A stretch of 64,000 nucleotides of DNA from assembly GCF_009914755.1 (NCBI RefSeq), contig NC_060937.1; one strand, 5' to 3'. Below the pieces are notes generated by a model. It was given only the letters and a program-made list of their open reading frames with translations, was not told the DNA's origin and did not search any database. A program made the position numbers and the translations under genes. Origin of the DNA: the human T2T-CHM13v2.0 reference genome, Homo sapiens. Of this stretch, positions 54,066 through 64,000 are shown piece by piece (the stretch's first letter is position 1; each line of letters begins with the position of its first letter).

Positions 54066-55037
54066 TTAATTCTTTTTATTTCAACTCTGATTAAAAGACT
54101 TAATTGTAAATATGACTTTTTTTAAGGAAGCATTTGTTTACATTTGATTGATTTGGAGTCACCACAGAATCAATGACTAAACTCTTGATCGGCTATCAGT
54201 GGTGTACAACTTTTTAACTTGTTTATTCTACCTTGCATAACAAAGGAATAAAGGGTATCTCCTCCTCCTACTTACAGAGAAATTTAATACACCCAAGTAT
54301 TCAAGTGCTTCTGTACAATTGCTTAATATTTATATAGTTAACACCTTTTCTGAGCATGTTCAATATATTTTCCTTGATTTTATTACGTGAAGTAGATATA
54401 TCAATTTTAAAAATTTCTACTACATTTCATTCTACATTTGTCCTGATTGTCATCCTGTCTCAAAGCTTTCTGGCTGTTTTTAATTTATTTTGACACTATC
54501 GAATGTATCTTAATAAATGAGAATTTAAGAAGTGTTCACTTGGCATATGTATTGTCCTATTTATTGTTTTATAGTAGATAACATTGGTTTATGAGCTAAT
54601 ACGTTTTTTATTTGGACATTAGTATCTTTTTTGCTGTGCTGGGTAGTAGAATATGATAAATGCTAATTACATTATTACATAACACATAAATATATATAAT
54701 TTATTATCATTAATTCATAAAAGAAAACTTTGATATTTGTACAGTGTGGCTTAATATAATTTTTAGACATACAATATCTTTAAGAATATATACAGTGCAT
54801 TAAAAATTCTACCTGAATATCAAAAAAAATTTGACTTCAAACATATACTTTAAAATGTCATATGAGAGCTATTGATGATAAAACTGAATATTATTTATTT
54901 GACTTCTTGAAGAATAAAATAACTATGCAAGAATTCATATCATAAACATTATATATAGAAAAAAAGAGATTCCAAAAGTGAGGATTAATTATTAATTATT
55001 ATGATTAATTTATTATTTCCAAATATTTTTGACCAGA

Positions 55038-55042
<5 letters not shown>

Positions 55043-55132
<90 letters not shown>
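55043..55132. repeat. Compound microsatellite (TA)18(GA)27
   Basis: Counted directly: TA 55043-55078, GA 55079-55132. Confidence 0.97.
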
Positions 55133-55136
<4 letters not shown>

Positions 55137-55199
55137 GTGAGAGGAATTCAAAATCAACAACAACACACAGAAGCGTGTTCCTACAGAAGAGAAGAAAGA

Positions 55200-55244
55200 A
55201 TTGCCACCGAAAGCTACACAAGTATTGCCACTGAAAGCTACAGA
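55200..55244. repeat. Imperfect 24-bp tandem duplication
   Basis: attgccaccgaaagctacacaagt / attgccactgaaagctacaga. Confidence 0.8.
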
Positions 55245-56719
55245 TGCAAGAAAATAAACATTTTTTTAGGCATATCTTTGTATTTGAGCCAGAAACTGTG
55301 AACTACAGTGCTTGTGTCACACAGCTATAAAAATATGCATGTCTATTTCCCTTTTTGTTTATATGTACACAAACACACAGACTCAACACTTTTTTTTCTC
55401 CTCCAAATAGGACTGAATGTATACCAAGTTGCCTCTACCATGCAAACCCGACTTATTTAAATATTACTACAATACTATCTCTTCAGAATTTTTTAATATT
55501 CTACTTTTCAGTAGATGATATTATAGATATATTTTATGCTATCACATCTGGGTAATTAGATGATATTACACCCAACTTTCCAGAGCCCCTTTTTCTTCTT
55601 TTAGATTAAATTGAAGTCAAGTTATGGAGAGAAACTTCAGCTCTCTTCTAGTTCAAAATATATAAAATGCTATGAGTTATACATCATGTATTATCTGAAC
55701 CAAACGTTGTATGTATTCCTTTAGAGATCTACAGTGCAATATTGAAGGAGTAACATCAAACATTGATTAAAAAAAAGTAACACTCCTTTAACTCTGCTGG
55801 TATTAATTCCTTCTAATATAATATTTTGAAATATTTTGCAGTTAAACAAGCTGGGTGCTGTCTGAAGCAGAACAATGGGTAGACAACTTTATCTCTGATA
55901 CTCAGATGTTTTTAGGCTGACATTGAACATTGTCATCAACCTTATTATGACAGATATGTGTAGCACTTGGAAAATTAATAATGTGATTTACCCTACATTG
56001 ATAGGTGCTAACACATTTGTGTTGAGTCAGTGTCACAGTCTTTTCCCAGAATATTAGTTGCTAGGGCTGTTGTGACACACTGTGCTTTGGCTCTAAAATC
56101 AGTTCTGTAATCCAATTTCCAAGAAGATGAATACAGGCCAATGTCCCTTGTCATTTTTGATTCATCAATAGCCAGATTGATTTAATATTTATTGGGTACT
56201 GTTTTTCACAGTGCATAGCTTCAGTCATGTCCCCAGTAACAAGTAGCCAAGCAAAGGGGGGAAAATTAATTCTTTCTGGTATTCCATTTTCTAGCAAATT
56301 TGCATTCCCTTTAAAAAGTAGATGCACCTGTGAAGCAATTGTAATTAATTATAGCCTGAATTATATTGTTAGGATGAAATTTTGCAAAATTCAAAGTGAT
56401 TAACATGATATTTTGATTACTAAGAGGAATAGTAGCAGGGTTTAGAGAGTATATATTCTACAAATTACATCATCTATAAAGTTACAATATATCAATAACA
56501 AAAAAAGCAATATTCAAGTGAATACTCTTAGTATTCACCCATATTTAAACAAGAAATTAACCAAATTAACACAATTATTTAGAATATCTTTTGCTGAATT
56601 AGAGCTTGAAATATTTCAAAATAGCTAGAACGCAGTAAGTGCTATGTGTCGAGCAAAATTTAAAGCATTGAAGTACATTATTTAATTTGTAGTTGGCATA
56701 AATCGTTAGCTATCAATAA

Positions 56720-56776
56720 CAATACAATACAATACAATGCAATACAATACAATACAATACAATACAATACAATACA
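56720..56776. repeat. (CAATA)~11 pentanucleotide repeat with one CAATG variant
   Basis: Seen directly. Confidence 0.95.
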
Positions 56777-57100
56777 GCTCTGTGTCACATAATGATGTTT
56801 TGGTTAATAGACTGCATATATGTCAGTGGTCACATAGATTTTAATACTGTATTTTTACTGTATCTTTTCTATGTTTAGATATACAAATATCATTATGTTA
56901 AGATAGTCTACAGTGTTCAGTACAGTAACACGCTTTACAGGTTTATAGCTTAGGAGTAACATGCTATGCCATATAGTCTAGGGGTGTAGTAGGCTATAGA
57001 TACAGTTTTGTGTATGTATGCTTAATGATGTTCACATGACAGAATTGCCTAATGATGCATTTTTTAGAACATATCCTCATCTTTAAGTGATGTATGACTG
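56775..57100 (+). mobile_element. Tigger3a (MER7A) DNA transposon
   Basis: ta|cag...cataatgatgttttggt...aatactgtatttttactgtatcttttctatgtttagat...ttaagtgatgtatgactg; terminal inverted repeats recognisable. Confidence 0.88.
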
Positions 57101-58437
57101 CAGTTTGTTTTCCTTTTGTATATAATGATGACAATGAACTTATAACTGGAACTTTATGGGGTTCTGTAAATGAATAGAATGCCAGAGCATAAGTAATTTG
57201 ACCATTCACAACGACTTGCCTATTACTTTGAAGAAAAATGCAGAAGTGTAAAGATGAACAAGTATTTCCTTTGTTACATGTATAAATTTTTAAAATCAGA
57301 TCGGGACACTATTTAAAGGTTTATTGAAGAAATATATAGTTGCTTCTGTCTTAAGAGCCTTGAGAGAATAGTAACTGATTCGTACCAGTTTCTGATTCAT
57401 TTTAATTATACCTATTAAGTGACCAAATAAAAATGGGAGAAGGGGCTCTAGTTGCTTTTTTTACAGAACAAATTACATATATGGGATTTTTACTAATTTG
57501 CTTAATAAGTTAATCACATGCTTGCCATTCATTTGTACTGAAACTTAGATTATGACTTCAATGAAGTCTCTGTGTATAATATACTATTCTCAGGCTGCAT
57601 GAATTAACCTTATTACAAATATCCTTGGATTTAGTCCAAAGCAGCAAAGTCTTCTAAAGAATGTATTTCTATAAAGAATAACTATGTATATCATCTTTTG
57701 AATTATTCAAATGTGAATGAAATAGATGATTTATTTCTACAGGTGATTTAGGGTAGTTATTGAAACTTACAGCAATAACAAGATTCACTTTTTACTTATA
57801 TTTATGTATAAGAAAATTATGTTATTCATCTTTTATTATACTGTACTGGAATACTAGGTGGCCTTTTTGGTAACAGTATACATTTTTAAATAGACTTGCC
57901 TAGAAAGAAAAGGAAAAAAAATGTATCATGTTCTTTTTATATTAGGTAAATATTAGACAAAACAGGAAGTGTTGTTATGGCTATGACTTAAAAAGAAAAT
58001 TGGCTATATGATGTTTTTATGTGATTTTATTTATTATTAAACTAATAAGGCACTTTTCATAGGAAGAACATTGCACATACAGACAGGTCTTAAAAAACTG
58101 CATTATAATAAAGTAGGTTCAAATCATCATGAGATTAGTCCTTTTATTTTTATTTTTGTTTCATTTTTTCTTACAATCTATTTTGAGGGTCAACCATTTG
58201 AAAAAATTGAAATTTACATCACCTTCCAGAAATCATGACAAAATGTTTTAAATTTCATGTAATAATACCTCTCAGAGAAGACCACTCCTTCAAATAAAAT
58301 TACTACGTACCTTCCAAGTACTCATTGTACACCACACATTATGCAAAGAGGAAGAGTAACACTTCAACCTTGAGATCACTGGGGGTAAAGCAGGGAAACT
58401 ACATGTTTTCCTTTTCTTGTCTTACTGTTCCCTTACA

Positions 58438-58742
58438 TCATTCTGTAGCCCAGGCTGGAGCGCAGCGGTGTGATCACAGCTCACTGCAGCGTCTGCTAAA
58501 ACTAAAGTGATAAAACCAAAACTAAAGCCTTTATAGAAGTAAAAGGATACTCCAGCCTCAGCCTCTTGAGTAGCTAGGATTGCAGGTGTATGCCACCACA
58601 CCATCTATTTTTTTTATTATTTTTTGTAGAGATGGGGTCTTGCTATTACAGACTGATCTTGAACTCCTAGTCTCAAGTGATTTGCCTGCTTTGGCTTCCC
58701 TAAAAGTGCTGAGATTGCAGGAGTGAGCCACCATGCCCAGCC
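58438..58742 (-). mobile_element. AluJ with 52 bp of foreign filler and no clear tail
   Basis: gcccaggctggagcgcagcggtgtgatcacagctcactgcagc [filler 58494-58545] ctccagcctcagcctc...ttgtagagatggggtcttgcta...gagccaccatgcccagcc. Confidence 0.9.
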
Positions 58743-58869
58743 CTTTTTGTCTTATTGACCCGTATTGTCTTGTGAGCTTATTTTCTTGTCTTACTAAGCA
58801 ATAATTTGTCTACAATATGATTAGGTAAACAGTTCAATAAGTAACTACCAATCTGATCATGTTATAGAA

Positions 58870-59080
58870 CATTCTGGCAATCGGACAATTACCTTTTATA
58901 TCTTTCCAGCCCATGCTCTTTCTGGAATATCTTATGAAACCACTGTTCTGATGTCTACTGCCATATCTTATTTTTGCCTGTTCTAGAATGTCACATTAAT
59001 GGAATGTGGAAATTCGTGCTCTTTTTTATATATTGCAAAATAGCATTTCACTCTGGATATAACACAATCTGTTTATCTAA
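58870..59080 (-). mobile_element. Old L1 (L1ME/MB) 3' fragment
   Basis: aaccactgttctgatgtcta...ttttgcctgttctagaatgtcacattaatggaat...cacaatctgtttatc. Confidence 0.6.
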
Positions 59081-59906
59081 GACTGCTCATTTCAAATCAC
59101 AATGGTGAGTGAATGTTGATAGCAGGGGCAAATTACAGCATTTGAAAAACCAGAAGAAACTTTGCTGACAGTAAAAGTTGTATGTGCAAGTCGCTGAAAT
59201 TACCAAATTGTTTCTCAGAAAGTAAGGGACATAAATACTTTTAGTGGTTTAAACAGAGGAATAAAATGGGTATATCTGGAGGGAGGTTTGACTGCCTGAG
59301 CAAAATTCAGCCTCACATGTAATACTTTACTCTTACAATTAAAGAATTACTAATACTTTTAGGTAATACATTCATATAATTTATTAATTATATTAATACT
59401 ATTTTTCTGATTACTGATTTTAAAGAAAAAGCATTTTGGCAGTTCCACTCTAGTAACAAAATACGCCTACAATAACTTCGTACTCATGTCTCTTTTGTTT
59501 ACAATAATCTATAGATTAAAAATATCCCCAAACATACATTTGTGACCAGTATACTAACTTAGCATATACATATTAGGAAGCAAAGGCAGAACAGTATTTC
59601 TGACTAAGAGAGCAGACAAAACACTACGGAGTTCCTCCAGAAGATTGCTTAATTTTTTGTGTCATAACATGTATTAAAGACACACTATTGTCTTTTAAAT
59701 TGCATAGGCTTTTCAAAATACCATAATGCAAATGCGGACTGCTCACATGTACATTTATCAAAATGATGATGGGGTATATTATAATCTTAATAAATGCTTA
59801 CATGTCATAGAATATCTATCAACTATATTAGTATAAATTGAACAAATATTTAAGTAAAAATGGTGATACAAAATTTAAGAAAACCTAGAATTATAATGGA
59901 GTCTGA

Positions 59907-60252
<346 letters not shown>

Positions 60253-61159
60253 CATTGCTTCTTTTTAAGTCATCATTTAGTGATTCATATCGAATCCAGT
60301 TTCCTAGTCTCTGATAACAAAGCTTGTTTCCATTCAGTTATATAATAAGACATGGTGGACTTAATGTGGAGAAGAAATCACTTCTAATTCAGGTAAAATA
60401 TAAAGTTACTAGAACACCCAGTTGCTTCTATTTGTAAGAGAGATATATTCCTCAATATCACAATTCTAGAATATATCTGAAGAATGTTAATAATGTAGCA
60501 TTTTACACTGCAGCCACTATGTCTTGGGATATTATTAAAAAGAGAATATTAATATCCCTTCAGACTTGTTTATGTTTATATATGGAGTGCATACATATGT
60601 ATATACACACATATATGTGACTATATTGTGTTATTCATTGCTTATTAATTCTTTAAGCAAATATTTATTGAGCGCATATTGTATTCCAGACACTATTCTA
60701 TACACTGGGAATATAGTAATAAAGTAAGAAACAAAACAAACGTGTGGTATGATTAGTGATTAAAGTTATAGGAAAAATTGAGCAAAGTCAGAGATGTTCA
60801 CAGATGTAGGGAAGGCCTGTGGTGGAGAAGGCTTTTACTTTATAAAGGGTAGTGAAAGCAGGCCTCCTTGAATGAGTGGTATTTAAGAAAATAATTTGAA
60901 GAGAGAGTGTGAGACAGCACATATCTAGAAAATAGTTATCCAGGTTGATGATCCAACAAGTTCCAAGTCCTTGTAGTACAAACATGCTTTTCATATTTAA
61001 GGACTTCAAGAAGTGGGATGAACATAAGGAATATTGAGACTGAAAGTAATGAATAAGGGGTAGTGGGAGGAAATAAGAGAAGAAAGGGTCAAGTTGGCCT
61101 CAGAAACTAGAAGCATGAAGCTGCCATTATCTGATATGAGAAAGGCTAAAGATGAAGCA

Positions 61160-61472
<313 letters not shown>

Positions 61473-61774
61473 AGCAGGTTTGAGATGTCCAAATAAGTTC
61501 CAAATTAGACTTACTAAGTTTGAGATGCCATCAGTCATCCCAGCGGAGGTGGTGGTGTGATTTTATAGTCTGCAGCACAAGGGAGAGGTCTGCACCGGAG
61601 ATAAAAGTCAGTACCAATTATCATGGAGTTGGAATTTCAAGTGTTGAAAATAGACGGGCTCACTAAAGAGGGTAGGATAGAAGGAGTAGAGAAGACATCT
61701 AAGGACTGAATCATAGTTCAGAGACCATTGTTTAGAGATTGAGGGGAATAGAAGAATTAAGAACATATAGAGGA

Positions 61775-62020
61775 CTAAAGCTGAAAAGCATCAGAAGGAC
61801 ACCCCATAGCTGCTGGAGCTTAGCTAAAGAATTGGTAGCCCCTTCACACCCATGGCCTGATGGGGAGTAAGTCGAAAGAATAAGCACCTTGAAACACTTC
61901 TGCCCCACCCTCCAATCCCCTCCTGGTTTATTACATGTGTTGATTCCAATAGAAATCTACTAAGGGAGGAAATTTACTTGAAGCAGCCCATATAAGTTAA
62001 TCTTCTGAGACATATCAGGA
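61775..62020 (-). mobile_element. Probable old ERVL LTR fragment inside L2
   Basis: ctgccccaccctccaatcccctcctgg...gaagcagcccatataagttaatcttc interrupts the L2 text. Confidence 0.35.
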
Positions 62021-64000
62021 GGAAATTATTAATGTGTAGGCGAAGCAGTAATTTGATTTAACGAGGGTTAGTGATGATTCTAGCAAACATGGTGGAGAAA
62101 GAGAGGACAAGGAAGTTGAGGATATACATAGGAAGATGTAATAGTAGAATATGAAATTCGTTAAGGAAGAAAGTGCAGGAAAAGGGAGGGTAAGGTAGTT
62201 AAAAGCAGTAGAATCCATGGATTATAGGTCTTGAGATAACTGAAGAATCGCTGGAGTCAGGTTGCTATAGATGATGATTAGGAACGAAAGGAAGTGATGA
62301 CAAGAACGGACAATGCCAAAAATGCTTGAAAGTTACACCCTGGATGCCAGTACTTTTGAAGTCCATAGAATGATGAGAGAAGTGTGTGGGTGAAGAAGAT
62401 TGAAGGACAGCATCATTAGAGAAAGGAAATTAGAAGAGAAGAGAAGTTAAGATACTGAAAAGATCAGCCACGTGAACATCAGAACTACCATAAATTAAGG
62501 CAGTCGTATTAGAATGAGTCCCTTTTCAGTATCATTGTAGAATAAGGGGAAATGATACAGAAGGTCTGTTGATGGCCAAACAAGAACCAAGATGTGTAGA
62601 GAATGTCATAGGCTGACACAGTAACATCAAATCTGGGTAATTTCAGGCAGGAGGGAATTAAAATGATCTACAAAGTGCAACAAAGAGGAAAAAGACTGTA
62701 TCCTGTCCTGTATATCACTGACCAGGAGCAACGTTGTGAGAAATACAGGATAACACACAACCACCACTTGAGAAGCTGCAGGAAAAGTTTCCAATGATGG
62801 TGGGATATATTGGTTACAACAACAAGGTTATATAAACATAATAGAAGAAACAAAGCTCATAGATTTCGCTGCTCATGGATTGTGAATTCCAGAAACCAAA
62901 GTTGAAGGGTTATGTATAGTTGATGTAGATTCAATTATGAGGTGAAACGTGAAAGGCACAGAGTAAAATTGGATTACTAATCAGGACAAGCATAGTGCAA
63001 ATGTTTCAGCCATTTTGTTGAGGTGAGGCTATGAGTCTGAAAATGGGGAGAAAATAAAAATACCTTGTTAAGCATCTCAAATGATCTTGACTCTTCTTCA
63101 TGTCAGTGTGGAGGCCAGGAGTGATGCTGTCTGATCACGAAGTAGTTAATTATGGAGACCTCTTAATTTATAAGTATTTGTGTGGGTATATAAACATGTA
63201 TGCCTGTGTGCGTGTTTCTATAATTATTTTTATAATTATCTCATATTAGCAATATCAAGGGAACCATTAGTGTCAGATTGTTTAGGGGCATTTTCAGACT
63301 ATTTAGGGGTATTATTTGGGGTTACATTGTGAATATTTTATTTAGGAATATTAGCTAAATTAGAAATATTTAATCATTTAGTGACTATTGAATATACGAT
63401 ATTTTTGAATAATAATTACACATCACAAATCATTCTCTGTTCATTTTGAGGAAATAATTTAGCACCTACTTCTGATGTAATTGTCTCTGAAAAAAATGGG
63501 AGTGGGAGCATCAGGAATAGACAGATTCCTCATGGTTAGAAATCAATAGAAAGGAATTACTGTAACAGTGGGACCCTGGGAAGGCAGGGCAAGTTATCTG
63601 TCTCACTGATGTTCTGAGTCCTGAACAGACACTTTTAATTTTCTAAGAATAAGCCTAGGGAAAAACTAAGGGCAGTAAAGTCATGTCATGGGCCAGGATG
63701 GCTCACCAAGATCCTATCTGTCATCAGCCTTATCTATCCACTGGAAATGGATGCCCAGATGTTGAAAATATATATATTGGGATAGGGATAGAAATATGTG
63801 AATATAGACCATGTAAACTATGGAAAAAGGGAAGGTAGGATTATGATTGGATGGATAGAAAAGATTTGGATTTGTGTATTTTTTTATTTATATATTTATA
63901 TATCATAGTGATATATATATATTTTATTTGTATATAGATTTTTAAAATTTTCTCCCGTGGACTTGATATTTTAGATCATCCTTATTTAGCTCTTAATCTT

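Noticed and set aside
55001-55234. ORF with YI and ER dipeptide runs; likewise the YLSI ORF at 2905-3240
   Set aside because: These are translations of microsatellites.

Overview
AT-rich, CpG-depleted primate (very probably human or great-ape) non-coding DNA, either intergenic or deep intronic. I find no credible protein-coding exon, RNA gene, CRISPR array or prokaryote-type system. The longer ORFs in the track are read-throughs of Alu, L1, LTR or microsatellite sequence, and the rest are short and motif-free. The window is a mosaic of retroelements and DNA transposon relics: 14 Alu copies or fragments (AluJ/S/Y); L1 relics (L1PA, L1MA/MB/MC/ME); L2 and MIR; solo LTRs (LTR1-family, LTR16, THE1C x2, MLT2A, MER21C, MSTB, MST, MER9, MLT1, MER74, LTR33, MER4-group); DNA transposons (MER119, Charlie1, Tigger3a); and microsatellites. 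Family names come from my recall of consensus sequences, not from a search. The most noteworthy structure is mechanistic: three short, direct, non-tandem local duplications 1.4-2.8 kb apart; three L1 insertions with twin-priming 5' inversions; one L1 target site reused twice in a four-layer nest; a zero-spacer head-to-head Alu junction; and an Alu carrying filler DNA. I see no evidence for a novel biological system beyond these rearrangement signatures.
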